A stretch of 64,000 nt of DNA. Origin: an uncultured Actinomycetes bacterium (GTDB lineage Bacteria; Actinomycetota; Thermoleophilia; Gaiellales; Gaiellaceae). Location: contig CAWFLY010000005.1 in the NCBI GenBank assembly GCA_963816735.1, positions 294,539 through 358,538 on the forward strand, in the 5' to 3' direction. The notes beneath the pieces were generated by a model, which had not been told where the DNA came from, did no database searches, and saw only the letters and a program-made list of their open reading frames with translations. Below, piece by piece: positions 24,757 to 35,864 of the stretch. The position numbers were made by a program, and so were the translations under genes. Within the stretch, counting starts at the first letter, position 1. Each line of letters begins with the position of its first letter.

Positions 24757-26136
24757 ATGACCGGGACTTCCGCAGAGCCCCCCACAGCGGAACGCCAGAT
24801 CGCCGCCTCGGGCTTCCGTGATCGGACTCAAACGGAAGCCTGTTCAGCCTCCCGGGCCGGCGGCCCCTCGCGTCGTGCAGGCGCTGCAGTGGGGATTCCG
24901 CTACACCGAGTTCACGCAGGCGGCCCACGCCCGCTACGGGCCGACCTTCACGGCGCGGATCGGTGGCCTACCGGCGATGGTGGTGACGATCGACCGCGAC
25001 GCGATCCGCCGTCTGTTCAACGGCGACCCTCTGGTCCGGCGGCACGCCAACGACCAATTGCGGCCACTCTTCGGGGACGGAGCGCTGGCGATGCGGGAGC
25101 CGGCGGAGCACCTCGAACGCCGCCGCATGCTGCTGCCACCCTTCCACGGCGAAAGCGTGCGAGCGTACGGGGAGCTGACCGAGAGCCTGTGGCAGCGCGA
25201 GCTGGAGCGTTGGCCGACTGACGAGCCGCTGGCGGTGCTGCCGCGAGCCCAGCAGCTGACGCTGGACGTGATCCTGCACGCTCTCCTCGGCGACCCCGGG
25301 TCCGATGTGTGCCGGCGCGTGCGCGGGATATTCGACGCGATGGAGGCGATCCCCGGCTCGGCGATCGGCGGCTACTTCCCACGCCTGGGCAAGCGCCGCC
25401 GCTGGAACCTGCCGGCAGAGCGCTACTGGCGATTGCGCGACGAGTTCGACCGGGCGCTGAGGAGCAGATCGTGGCGGCGCGCACGGGCGGCGTCGAGGAG
25501 CACAGCATCCTCGCGCTGCTGCTGCACGCGAACGACTCGGACGAGGTGGTGCGCGACGAACTGAAGACCCTGATCGCAGCGGGACACGCCACGACCGCCG
25601 CCGCCATCACATGGGGCGTGGAGCTCCTGGCCCACAACCCGCACGTGCTGATGCGGATGCGGACGGCGCTCGAGCAGGGAGACGGCGAGTACGTCGACGC
25701 GCTGACCAACGAGGTCCTGCGGATGTGGCCCACGATCCCGCTGGCCGCGACCCGCCACGTGCTGGTCCCGTTCGAGATCGGCGGCTACACGATCGAGCCG
25801 CGAACGGTGATCGCCGTCAATGCATACGGCCTGCACCACGACCCCGAGCTGTACCCCGAACCCGAACGGATGCAGCCCGAGCGCTTCCTCGGCGGGGGTC
25901 CGGACGGATACAGCTTCCTGCCCTTCGGCGGCGGCGCGCACCGCTGCCTGGGAGCCCCGCTCGCCCTGCTCGAGATCAAGATCGCGCTGAGCGCGATCGT
26001 GCGCCGCTTCGAACTCGTCGCCGAGGACCCAACGCTGGCCCGTCCCGAGCGGCGCGGCACCACGCTCGTCCCCAGCGGCGGAGCACTGCGTGCGCGTGCA
26101 CGCGCGGTAATCCCTCAGCGGGGCGCCTGGCGGTAG
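24757..26136 (+). CDS. Cytochrome P450, frame-disrupted (start is 24757 with a GGAGGA SD, or GTG 24818)
   Basis: Heme loop FGGGAHRCLGAPLA, I-helix AGHATTAA, and EVLRMWP (EXXR). A frame switch near 25465, and possibly another near 24815. Confidence 0.8.
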
Positions 26137-26184
26137 CGTGAAGCTCGTGGCCGACTTCGCGAACCGGACCGTCGAGCTGCGCGA

Positions 26185-28275
26185 GTGAACGTCTGGCCCG
26201 GCAAGCCGTTCCCGCTCGGGCCGACGTGGGACGGCGAAGGGACGAACTTCGCGCTCTTCACCGAGAACGCCGAGCGCGTCGAGCTCTGCCTGTTCGACGA
26301 GAACGGCGCCGAGACGCGCGTCGAGCTCACCGACTACACCTCGCACAACTGGCACTGCTACATCCCCGGCGTCGGCCCCGGCCAGCGCTACGGCTACCGC
26401 GTCCACGGGCCGTACGACCCCGCGCGCGGGCACCGCTTCAACCCGAACAAGCTCCTCATCGACCCGTACGCGAAGTCGATCGAAGGGCCGATCCTCTGGG
26501 ACGCGGCGAACGTCCTCCCCTACGTCCCCGGCGGCGACGACACCGAGATGGACGACGAAGACGACGTCGATGCGATCCCGAAGTGCGTCGTCGTCGACCC
26601 GCACTTCGACTGGGAGGACGACGCGCCGCCCGACACGCCGTGGACCGAGACCGTCATCTACGAGGCGCACGTCAAAGGCTTCACGCAGCTCTCCGCCGAC
26701 GTGCGCGAGGACCTGCGCGGCACGTACGCCGGCCTCGCCTCCGAGCCCGCGATCGCGCATCTGCAGGACCTCGGCGTCACCGCGCTCGAGCTCCTCCCGA
26801 TCCACCACATCGCCGACGAGAGCTTCCTCCACGACCGCGGCCTGACGAACTACTGGGGCTACTCGTCGATCGGCTACCTCGCGCCGCACGCGCTCTACGC
26901 CGCGACCGGCACGCGCGGCGAGCAGGTGCTCGAGTTCAAGGGGATGGTGAAAGCCCTGCACAAGGCGGGAATCGAGGTCATCCTCGACGTCGTCTACAAC
27001 CACACGGCGGAGGGCAACCACCTCGGGCCGATGCTCGCCTTCAAGGGCGTCGACAACGCGAGCTACTACCGGCTCATGCCCGACGACCCGCGGCACTACA
27101 TGGACTTCACCGGGACGGGCAACTCGCTCAACCCCGTCCACCCGTCGGTGCTGCGGCTGATCATGGACTCGCTGCGGTACTTCGTCCTCGACTGCCACGT
27201 CGACGGCTTCCGCTTCGACCTCGCGTCGGCGCTCGCGCGCGAGTTCCACGACGTCGACCGCCTCTCGGCGTTCTTCGACATCATCCACCAGGATCCGGTC
27301 CTCTCCCAGGTGAAGCTCATCGCCGAGCCGTGGGACGTCGGGCCGGGCGGCTACCAGGTCGGCAACTTCCCCGTGCTGTGGGCGGAGTGGAACGGGCAAG
27401 TACCGCGACGCGATGCGCGACTTCTGGCGCGGACAGGCGAACGTCGGCGAGTTCGCGCAACGCTTCACCGGCTCGTCCGACCTCTACCAGGACGACGGCC
27501 GCGACCCGTTCGCGTCGATCAACTTCGTCACCGCGCACGACGGCTTCACGCTGCGCGACCTCGTCTCGTACAACGGCAAGCACAACGAGGCGAACGGCGA
27601 GGACGAACAAGGACGGCACCGACGACAACCGCTCGTGGAACCTCGGCGCCGAGGGCGAGACCGAGGACGCGGCGGTGAACGAGCTGCGCGCGCGCCAGCA
27701 GCGGAACTTCCTCGCGACGCTCTTCCTCTCGCAGGGCGTCCCGATGCTCCTCGCAGGCGACGAGATCGGGACGCACGCAGGGCGGTAACAACAACGCGTG
27801 GTGCCAGGACAACGAGGTCTCGTGGCTCGACTGGGACGCGGCCGACGCGGAGCTGCGCGAGTTCGCGCGGCGCGTGATCGCGCTGCGGCAGGAGCATCCG
27901 GTCTTCCGGCGCAGCTCGTTCCTCACCGGCGAGGCCGGCGATTCGGGGTTACCGGACGTCTGGTGGTTCCGGCCCGACGGGCGGCGAATGACGCAGCGCG
28001 ACTGGACCGCGGCCGAGACGAAAACACTCGGCGTCTTCCTCAACGGCGACGAGATCCGCGCGCGGACGCCGCACGGCGAGAAGATCGCGGACGACTCGTT
28101 CCTGTTGCTCTTCAACGCGCATTTCGAGCCCGTCGAGTTCACGCTGCCGACGCGGCGGTTCGGCGCGCGGTGGCACGTCGAGCTCGCGACCGGCGACTCG
28201 CTCGAAGGCGCGGTCGGCGCGCGCGCTCCCGTGCCGGTGCAGGAGCACTCGCTCTTGCTGCTGCGCCGCGTCTAG
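26185..28275 (+). CDS. glgX: Glycogen debranching enzyme GlgX, about 4 frame switches
   Basis: [74 protein letters not shown] and [11 protein letters not shown]. Confidence 0.9.
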
Positions 28276-28284
28276 CATCGGGGC

Positions 28285-28551
28285 ATGTGCAGAAACATCA
28301 GAACGCTCTACAACTTCGATCCGCCCACGAGCTCCGACGAGGTCGAGGCCGCCGCGCTCCAGTACGTGCGCAAGGTCAGCGGGATGACGAAGCCGTCGCA
28401 GGCGAACGAGGACGTGTTCAACCGCGCCGTCCACGAGATCGCGCACATCACGCAGCACCTCCTCGAGGATCTCGTCACGACCGCCGCACCGAAAGACCGC
28501 GAGGTCGAGGCGGAACGCCGCCGCGCCCGCGCTGTCGCGCGGTTCGGCTAG
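28285..28551 (+). CDS. DUF2277 family protein
   Basis: Intact 88 aa, beginning with the characteristic MCRNIRTLYNFDPP. Confidence 0.7.
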   Translation: MCRNIRTLYNFDPPTSSDEVEAAALQYVRKVSGMTKPSQANEDVFNRAVHEIAHITQHLLEDLVTTAAPKDREVEAERRRARAVARFG

Positions 28552-28974
28552 TCGAGCTCGACGATGTCGTCGCCGACGCGGATCACGCCGCTGACGAGGA
28601 TGTCGGCGTTGATCCCGGCGCGGTGGGCGAGGTCCTTGATGATCCCAGGCCGCGTCATCTTCTGCGAGGTGAGCGCATGGCTCGCACAACTCGACGCCGA
28701 GGCACTCGACCTCGCCGACGCGGAAGCGCTTGCCGACGAGAGCGTTGACGTCCACGCCGCGGACGGTCAGCTGGCGCCGAGTCTCGCCCGGCTGGAGCCC
28801 CACGGCCTCGACGCACTCTGCGTCGACAAGCGTGATCGCCTGTCCAGCGGGGGCGCCGTCCTCGTGGAAGTGACGGTCACCCTCGAGCCCCTTCCCGGCC
28901 ACGGCCCGGACCGACTCGACGGCCCAGAGCTCGGCGACGCGCGGGGCACCGAGATGTATCGCCTCAACCGGCAT
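28548..28974 (-). CDS. MOSC domain protein, one frame switch near 28670
   Basis: AVAGKGLEGDRH, ITLVDAE and GVELCEPCAHL, then KMTRPGIIKDLAHRAGINADILVSGVIRVGDDI. The start is 28974 or 28989. Confidence 0.7.
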
Positions 28975-28998
28975 ACCCCGATGATGCACTATCTCCCG

Positions 28999-29562
28999 CT
29001 AGCCGTCGCCGCCGTGGCCGCCGGCGAACCAGTGCACCCACGAGTCGCCGTAGCGGACGGTCGCCGCGGCGAGAACGACTCCCGCCGCAAGAGACGCCAC
29101 GAGCAGCGCGCGGCGGGCCGTGGCTCCGGGCACGGGCCGCGCGGGCGGCAGCAACCGGCGCAGGTGGGCGAGCACGTGTACCGCCGTCGCGAAGAACCAG
29201 ACGAAGAACGACGCCTTGTGCAGACCGACGAGGATCCCGCCCGCCGGGCCGACGACGATCAACGCGACACCCGTCCCGAACACGACCAGTGTCGAGACGA
29301 CAACGAGCGGGGCAAGCAGCCGTAGCGGCATGACTGGCGGCCCGCGGCGCACGTACTCGGGCGAGCCGGCGTAGTACTTGATGAAGCGCCAGCCAGTCGT
29401 GCCGAGTTTGAGGAGCACGGGCGGGATGAGAAGCATCCCGATCAGGACGTGCCACCAGATGAGCGGGCCGATGGCGAGAATCGTCACGCCGAGCGCCGCG
29501 AGCAGCACGATCAGCACGGCGCCCGTCGCCGCAGTCAGGCGCTCGTTGCGGTCGGCCCCCAC
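28999..29562 (-). CDS. Four-TM membrane protein with TM-embedded His residues (possibly heme-binding, DUF4405-like)
   Basis: Intact 187 aa. Four hydrophobic helices, with His in WWHVLIG and HKASFFVWFFATAVHVLAH. The family assignment is from memory only. Confidence 0.55.
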   Translation of the reverse strand: MGADRNERLTAATGAVLIVLLAALGVTILAIGPLIWWHVLIGMLLIPPVLLKLGTTGWRFIKYYAGSPEYVRRGPPVMPLRLLAPLVVVSTLVVFGTGVALIVVGPAGGILVGLHKASFFVWFFATAVHVLAHLRRLLPPARPVPGATARRALLVASLAAGVVLAAATVRYGDSWVHWFAGGHGGDG

Positions 29563-29604
29563 GAAACCAGTGGAGCAGCCCGCGCTGAGAGATCCCTGTG
29601 ACTG

Positions 29605-30120
29605 TCAGGTGAAGATGATCTCGCCGCCGGCTGCGAGCTCGTAGAACTCGCCGACGGTCAGGATCCCGTTCACCTGCGGCACGAAGTCGTCCTCGGTGAG
29701 CTTGAACATGTCGACGCTCGCCTTGCACGCCCAGAGGTGCGCGCCCGAGTCGGCGATCAGCTCGATGAACTCCGGGATCGGCGGAATGTCGAGCTTCTCC
29801 ATCTGCCGCCCCATCATCCACGTCGCCATCGAGGACATCCCGGGCAGGACGCCGACGACGGTCGGCATGTGCATGCCGGGATTCCCGACGGTCGCGACCT
29901 TGATGTGCTCGTGCCGGTCCTTGCGGATCGCGTCGAGGCCGAAGAAGGTGAAGAACAGGTCGGCTTCGATGCCCTCCATCCGCGCGCCGTTCGCGAGGAT
30001 CAGCGCGGGATAGATCCCTTCGAGCGAGCCCTTCGAGCAGACGATCGCGACTTTCTCGATCGTCTTCTTCGGCTCGGCGACCGAATCGGAGAGCCGCGGT
30101 TCACCCAGTAGCTGCGTCAT
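29605..30120 (-). CDS. DsrE/DsrF-like (DrsE_2-type) sulfur-relay family protein
   Basis: Intact 171 aa: KVAIVCSKGSLEGIYPALILANGA, FFTFFGLD and HLWACKASVDMF. Confidence 0.7.
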   Translation of the reverse strand: MTQLLGEPRLSDSVAEPKKTIEKVAIVCSKGSLEGIYPALILANGARMEGIEADLFFTFFGLDAIRKDRHEHIKVATVGNPGMHMPTVVGVLPGMSSMATWMMGRQMEKLDIPPIPEFIELIADSGAHLWACKASVDMFKLTEDDFVPQVNGILTVGEFYELAAGGEIIFT

Positions 30121-30121
30121 C

Positions 30122-30439
30122 TCAAATGCACCCTTTCGGCTTCGGAATGCCGCCGATCTTGGCGGCGAGCTTGGCGGGGCCCTTGGGGAAGAGCTCGTAG
30201 AGCTCCTTGACCGGGACGCCCGACTCCTTGCCGAGCGAGCGGATGGTCGGGGCCGTTCCCGTCGCGAGGTAGCGCTCTCGCATGAACCGGATCACGAGCC
30301 AGTGCCGCTCCGTCAGCTCGGGGATCCCCGCTTCGCGGGCGATCTCCGCCGCGAGCTCCTCGTCCCACTCCTGCGGATCGACGAGGAACCCTTCCGGGTC
30401 GACGTCGACCGTCCTGTTCGCAATCAGCGTTGCGGTCAT
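30122..30439 (-). CDS. TusE/DsrC/DsvC family sulfur-relay protein
   Basis: Intact 105 aa: HWLVIRFMRERY, LFPKGPAKLAAKIGGIPKPKGCI, with the conserved penultimate Cys. Confidence 0.8.
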   Translation of the reverse strand: MTATLIANRTVDVDPEGFLVDPQEWDEELAAEIAREAGIPELTERHWLVIRFMRERYLATGTAPTIRSLGKESGVPVKELYELFPKGPAKLAAKIGGIPKPKGCI

Positions 30440-30449
30440 CTCTCCTCCT

Positions 30450-31685
30450 TCACGCCGCGTCCTCGAGGTGCTTACCTCTCAGCGGCATCGCAGGGCCGAC
30501 GAGCGGGATGCGGTGTCCCGGGAGCAGCACGTGCCAGTAGACGGGCTGGAACGCGAGCTTCCCGAGGTGGCTCAGCCGCGACTCCTTGAGAAGCGGGAGC
30601 GGCCCGAAGTGGCCGGTCACCGGCTGGAGCTCGTCGTTGAAGTCGATCAGGAGCGCCTTGCCGCCGCCCGTCTCGACGAAGCAGTTCGCGTGCCCGTCGA
30701 AGCGGGCCGTGAGCGGCTCGCCGCGCAGGAACGCCTCGATGTTCTCGGCAAGGATCTCGCCTTCGAAGTGCGCGACCGAGCCGGCCTTCGACGCGCGCAG
30801 GTCGGTCGCATCTCCGATCGCGAAGACGTTCTCCGCGGCGTGCGCCTGCAGGGTCGCAGGGTCGGTCGGCACGAAGCCGAGCGCGTCGCCCAGGCCCTCC
30901 GAGCGCTCGACGTACGCCTGGCCGCCGTGCAGCGGGATCGTCACGAGCAGGTCGAACGGGATCTCGCGGCCGTCGTACGAGACGAGCCGGCCGCCGTCGC
31001 CGTCGACCTCGCCCGCGGCGAATTCGACTTCGAGCTCGATGCCCTTCTCGGCGAGCAGGTAGGTCAGATGCTTCGACGCGACGGGCTTCGTGAAGCAGCC
31101 GTCGAGCGGCGTCGCGAGCGTGAGCGTGGTCTTCTCGCGGATGCCGCGACGGCGGAGGTACCAGTCGGCGAGGAACGTGAACTCGATCGGCGCGACAGGG
31201 CACTTGATCGGCATATCGACGATGTCGACGACGAGATTGCCGCCGTCGAAGCGCGCGAGTGCGTCGCGTAGAGCCGTCGCCCCAGACAGGTCGTAGAACG
31301 TGAAGACGGACTTCTGCCAGGCGTCGCCGAGCATGCCCTCGGTCTCCTCCGGCAGGAGTCTCGCACCCGTCGCGACGACGAGAGCGTCGTACGGGAGCAC
31401 GGTGCCGTCGGCGAGCTCGACGCGGTTGTCGGCGAGCGCGACCCGATCGACTTCAGACTGGTGGTAGCCGATTCCACGCCGGAGCTGGGCTGTGCGCGAA
31501 CGGACGAGCGACTCCGGCTTCGCGAGCCCGAACGGAACGAAAAGGAGACCCGGCTGGTAGACGTGGACGCCGTCGCGGTCGACGACGTCGATCTGAAGCT
31601 CGTCCGCCGAGACGCGGCGGCGGAGCTGGTTGGCGAGCAACGTTCCCGCCGTACCCGCCCCGAGGACGACGAGTCGCTTGGTCAT
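30450..31685 (-). CDS. sqr: Sulfide:quinone oxidoreductase-like FAD-dependent oxidoreductase
   Basis: Intact 411 aa: LVVLGAGTAGT (FAD fold), PIKCPVAPIEF and HANCFVETG cysteines, and FAIGDAT. Confidence 0.8.
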   Translation of the reverse strand: MTKRLVVLGAGTAGTLLANQLRRRVSADELQIDVVDRDGVHVYQPGLLFVPFGLAKPESLVRSRTAQLRRGIGYHQSEVDRVALADNRVELADGTVLPYDALVVATGARLLPEETEGMLGDAWQKSVFTFYDLSGATALRDALARFDGGNLVVDIVDMPIKCPVAPIEFTFLADWYLRRRGIREKTTLTLATPLDGCFTKPVASKHLTYLLAEKGIELEVEFAAGEVDGDGGRLVSYDGREIPFDLLVTIPLHGGQAYVERSEGLGDALGFVPTDPATLQAHAAENVFAIGDATDLRASKAGSVAHFEGEILAENIEAFLRGEPLTARFDGHANCFVETGGGKALLIDFNDELQPVTGHFGPLPLLKESRLSHLGKLAFQPVYWHVLLPGHRIPLVGPAMPLRGKHLEDAA

Positions 31686-31784
31686 GGCTCAAGCGTCGCG
31701 CGCCCGCGGCCACCGCACATCCGGGCCAGAGGCGACCTCACTGCGGAGAACTACGGGCGTCGATCGAACCTCCAGCAACACGAT

Positions 31785-31822
31785 CCGGCGCCTTCTCCGC
31801 AGGGGATCCGGGAAGGCGCCGG
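31785..31822 (-). terminator. Hairpin downstream of the histidine kinase (11-bp perfect stem CCGGCGCCTTC/GAAGGCGCCGG, 16-nt loop)
   Basis: Read directly. No U-tract, as is common in high-GC genomes. A second 7-bp hairpin GACCCGC/GCGGGTC sits about 15 nt away. Confidence 0.45.
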
Positions 31823-31909
31823 ACCGGGCTGGCCGCGACCCGCATAGGCGGAGCGGGTCGGGAGGGGTTCGATGCACTCGCAATCGAATCACCCTCCGAT
31901 GAAAACAAT

Positions 31910-33241
31910 CTAAGAACGGCGTTTAGGCAGGGAGCCAGGCCGAGCCGCGCCGTTGAGGCTGAGCCGGAACCGCGCGCCGCCGCCCGCGGCGTTCTCCGCG
32001 ACAACAGTGCCGCCGTGCGATTCCGCAACCCCCCGGACAATCGAGAGGCCGAGCCCCGCGCCCGGCATCGAGCGCGCCGCGGCCGAGCGATAGAAGCGTT
32101 CGAAGACGAGGGGCTGATCCTCCTCGTCGATCCCCGGCCCGTGGTCGCGAACCGACAGCTCGCCGCCGGTGAGCGCGACCTCGACGGTGCCTCCGTCGCC
32201 GCTCCACTTGCCGGCGTTCTCGAGGAGGTTCCAGACCGCGCGCTCCATCCGGTCGCGATCGCCGTCGACGACGGTCGGCTCGACGACGGTCTCCTCCCAC
32301 GTGACAGACGGGAAGCGGGAACGGGCGCGTTCGAGCGTGTCCTCGACGAGCTCGTCGAGCTGGAACGGCTCGCGGGCGGGCTCGGCGCCGCTGCGCGCGA
32401 GCTCGAGCAGGCCGGCGATCAGCGAACGCATCTCCTGCGACTCGCGGTGAAGGTCGTCGAGGAGCGCCCGGCGCTGCTGCGGGCCGAGCTCGATGTCGCC
32501 GCGGAGGACGTCGATGTTCGTCTGGAGGCTCGTGAGCGGCGTCCGCAGCTCGTGCGACGCGTCGGCGACGAAGCGGCGCTGCGTCTCGAGCGACTCCTCG
32601 AGGGACGCGAGCATCGTGTTGAACGACGCGCCGAGCCGCGCCAGCTCTCCTTTGCCGCCCTCGGGAACGCGCTCGCTCGGCTCGCCCGTCTCCGCGATCC
32701 GCTCGGCCGCAGCGGTCAGCCGGCGGACCGGAGCCAGGGTCGCATCCGAGGCGAGCCGTACGAGGATGGCCGTGGCCGCAACGCCGGCGAGCGCAACGGC
32801 TATGAGGATCAGCCAGAGCCGGTGAAGGTCATGGTCGATGTAGTCAATGTTGCGAGCGACGACGACGGCGCCGGACGGAGAGAGCGGTTGCACGTGCTCG
32901 CGCAGCGTGACGACCTGGCCGGCACTCCCCGCCCGGACCTGAACGTTCCGGGAGAAGCCGTGTGTCTTACCTGTCGCGACGCCGACGATCGGCGCGTCGA
33001 TCGGGATGTTGTGCGGGTTGTCGACGGTGCCGTTCGCTGCGAGTTCGGCCACGTAGTCTCCGGCGTAGGGGCTGAAGTCGCCGAACGGCCCGTTTAGATC
33101 GCTCGCGTGGATCCCGAGCTGCGTGTCGACCTGCGCGTAGAGCTCATGCCGCATGAGGAAGTACGTCGCGGTCGCGGACAATGCGACGACAACCGCAACG
33201 ACGCCGGCGGCGACGAGCGTAAGGCGGCCGCGGAGAGTCAC
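31910..33241 (-). CDS. Sensor histidine kinase (2 TM, HAMP, HisKA, HATPase)
   Basis: Intact 444 aa from the GTG overlapping the regulator stop (GTGA). [31 protein letters not shown] and GAGLGLSIV. Confidence 0.85.
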   Translation of the reverse strand: MTLRGRLTLVAAGVVAVVVALSATATYFLMRHELYAQVDTQLGIHASDLNGPFGDFSPYAGDYVAELAANGTVDNPHNIPIDAPIVGVATGKTHGFSRNVQVRAGSAGQVVTLREHVQPLSPSGAVVVARNIDYIDHDLHRLWLILIAVALAGVAATAILVRLASDATLAPVRRLTAAAERIAETGEPSERVPEGGKGELARLGASFNTMLASLEESLETQRRFVADASHELRTPLTSLQTNIDVLRGDIELGPQQRRALLDDLHRESQEMRSLIAGLLELARSGAEPAREPFQLDELVEDTLERARSRFPSVTWEETVVEPTVVDGDRDRMERAVWNLLENAGKWSGDGGTVEVALTGGELSVRDHGPGIDEEDQPLVFERFYRSAAARSMPGAGLGLSIVRGVAESHGGTVVAENAAGGGARFRLSLNGAARPGSLPKRRS

Positions 33242-33913
33242 GGTTCGCGCATGACGTAGCCGGTGCCGCGCACGGTGTGGATGAGGCGCGGTTCCTCGTC
33301 GGCCTCCGTCTTGCGGCGGAGGTAGCCGACATAGACGTCGAGCGCGTTCGACGAGTGGCTGAAGTCGTAGCCCCAGACGCGCTCGTAGATGAGCGAGCGC
33401 GGAAGCACCTGCCGCGGGTTGCGGAGGAAGAGCTCGAGGAGATGCGCCTCGGTCGTCGTCAGCTCGAAGCGGCGACCCGACCGGCGGGCATCCATCGAGC
33501 CGAGATCGAGCGTGAGATCGGCGAAGCGCAGCACGTCGCCCGGCGTCTCCGGCTTCGAACGGCGGAGCAGGGCGCGAAGGCGCGCGAGCAGCTCCTCGAG
33601 GTCGTACGGCTTCGGCAGGTAGTCGTCGGCGCCGGCGTCGAGCCCTTCGACGCGATCGCCGATCGCGTCGCGCGCCGTGAGGAGGAGGATCGGGACGCGG
33701 TTCCCGTCGCGCCGCAGGCGCCGCGTGACGTCGAGGCCGTCGAGGCCCGGCATCATCACGTCGAGCACGAGCGCGTCCGGCGTGCGCGCCTCGACGGCCG
33801 CGAGCGCGTCTGTCCCCGTCGGACGCGAGCGCGACTTCGTAGCCGTGCAGCTGCAGCGCGCGCTCGAGCGCTTCGCGCACGGCACGGTCGTCGTCGACTA
33901 CGAGTACGAGCAT
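33238..33913 (-). CDS. OmpR-family response regulator, one frame switch near 33825
   Basis: [16 protein letters not shown] / [10 protein letters not shown] / [12 protein letters not shown] / [12 protein letters not shown] / [12 protein letters not shown]. Confidence 0.85.
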
Positions 33914-34000
33914 TTCGGCTCTAAGTGTGCCTCCGGACGTGAGACGCCGTAAGGACAGGGCACCTCGAGCCACGTCCGTGCTGGACATGCGCGTACGCGC

Positions 34001-34918
34001 TCAGCGCGAGTCTGTTGCCTGCGTGCGGTTCCACTCCTCGGCGAGCTCGCGGAGCCCTGGCCCCGTGACGCGAATCGCGTCGTGCGCGTGCAGGCGCATC
34101 CGCGCCGCGAAGTCGTGGTCACGCGCCGAATCAGCCCGCGCAGCGCGTACTGCGCGCCGGTGAAAAGCGCCGCAGCACGCGCTCCCGCCGCAGAGTGGTG
34201 CTTCTCCCAATAGCGGTGCCGGCCGCGCCACTGCTCGTTGATCCGCCGCTCGGGAACGCCGCTCTCAGACCACGGCTGGTGATGCACGACCGTGACCGCC
34301 GGGAAGTATTCGATCCCCCAGCCCGCCGCGCGCAGTCGAGCGCAGAGGTCAGTCTCTTCCGAGTACATGAAGATCTCCTCGTCGAACAGTCCGACTTCGT
34401 CGAGCGCCTCGCGGCGGACGAGCAGCGCCGCGGCCGTCGCCCAGTCGACCTCGCGCGTCTCATTCCCGCGGGACTGGACGACCCCGAGGCGCGAGAGCGT
34501 GAGCAGCGAGAGCGCCGCGACCGCCGGAGTCGGGAAACGAAAGGCCGAGTCCTGCGGGCGGCCGTCTGCCCAGACGAGCCGCGGGCCGATCGCAGCAACG
34601 CGCGGGTGCGCGTCGAGGTACGCGGTCATCCGCTCGAGGCCCCAGTCGTCGCTCGTCGTGTCGGGGTTGAGGAGGTAGACGTAGCGGCTCGTCGTGGCGC
34701 GGATGATCGCGTTGTTGTTCTCCCCGAAGCCCGCCCGATGCCGCTGCTCGATCACGCGAACGCGCGGGAAGCGCTCGCGCACAGCGGCGACGGAGCCGTC
34801 GTCGGATGCGTTGTCGAGCACGACGATCTCGGCGTCGACTGTCGACTAGCGACTCGAGGCACGCGAGGAGGTCATCCCGCGAGTTCGCGTTGACGATCGC
34901 GATCGTTACGTCGGGCAC
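34001..34918 (-). CDS. Family 2 glycosyltransferase, two frame switches
   Basis: VTIAIVNANSRDDLLACLESL, VVLDNASDDGS, YLLNPDT and MYSEETDLCARL. Confidence 0.75.
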
Positions 34919-34936
34919 GTCGTCAGGCTAAACGGG

Positions 34937-35762
34937 ATGGCCGTCGTACACTCTCGGTGTCCGCACGGTCTTCCTCATCGGGCTCGCCTCTCTGCTTCTC
35001 GCCGGCTCCGCCGCCGCGCGAGTTACAGGATTGGCACCGCGGCTTGCGGCCGTCCACACATGGGCATTCGCGATCGGGAGCGGGACGCTCAAAGGCGACA
35101 TCGCACAGCGCTACGCGGGCTACGACCTCGTCGTCGTCGACGGCCAAGAGGTGACAAAGCAGCAGGTGGCGACCCTCCATACAGCGGCGGCGCGCTCGTC
35201 CTCGGCTACCTCGACGCGGGCACGCTCGAGCCGTACCGGCCGTGGTTCCGGCGCGCAAAGCCGTACCGGCTCGACTACTGGAAGCAGTGGGGCGAGTGGT
35301 ACGCGAACGTCAACGCGCCCGGCTTCCGGAAGCTCATCGTCGGCGTCGCGACGTCGTTCGAGCGGAAGGGTCTCGACGGCCTCTTCCTCGACAACACCGA
35401 CATGATCGAGACGCATCCGAAGCAGGCGCCGGGGATGCGACGCCTCGTCTGCGGCGCTCGCGAAGCTCGTCCACGGCCGCCGCGATTTTCTCTTCGCCCA
35501 GAACGGCGCCGACGTCGACAAGCCGATCATCCGCTACCTCGACGGCTGGAACCGCGAAGACATCGGCACCGACCGAAGCGCGGTGCGCGACCTGCGCGCG
35601 ATGCACGCGCGCGGCCTCCTGACGCTCGCGACCGGCTACGTCAAGCATGCGAGCTCGCCCGCCGTCGGCCGCGACATCCGGCTCGCGTGCCGGACGGGCG
35701 CGCTGCCGTTCGTCTCGAATCTCGAGCTGACGCGGATCCCGCAGCCGCCGCCGCACTGCTGA
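34937..35762 (+). CDS. GH114-like glycoside hydrolase (endo-alpha-1,4-polygalactosaminidase/TM1410-like), secreted, frame-disrupted
   Basis: Signal VRTVFLIGLASLLLAGSAAA; WAFAIGSG; YDLVVVDG; VLGYLDAGTLEPYRPWF; KGLDGLFLDNTDM. Family call is from motif memory. Confidence 0.55.
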
Positions 35763-35864
35763 GCCGCTTTACGTAGCGCTTACACAGAGGCGTCGGTAGG
35801 GCTTACACACGCCCTCGACACTGAGCGCACACCCAGATCGAACAACGAAAGGGAACAGACTCTT

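Noticed and set aside
25423-27468. A 681-aa minus-strand ORF. Similar long antisense ORFs occur at 13934-16027, 11983-13392, 53980-55491, 2603-3982 and 22695-24068.
   Set aside because: These are Arg/Ala/Pro/Asp-rich shadow ORFs lying opposite genes with clear family motifs (glgX/P450, glgE, phoU/uppP, the aminotransferase, ctaD, ggt). This is typical of 70% GC DNA, and none shows a recognisable motif.
33933-33978. Inverted CCGGACGTG / CACGTCCG arms that share an 8-9-mer with the glgE-treS palindromes, suggesting a common regulator motif.
   Set aside because: A GC-rich 8-mer is expected several times by chance in 128 kb of two-strand sequence at this composition. The arms are 29 nt apart and are better explained as a weak hairpin after the GT2 gene.
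31910-33988. A 692-aa ORF that looks like a fused response regulator and histidine kinase.
   Set aside because: Its N-terminal 250 aa are an out-of-frame read-through of the response regulator gene. The kinase starts at the GTG (33241) overlapping the regulator stop, and the regulator is a separate gene with one frame switch.
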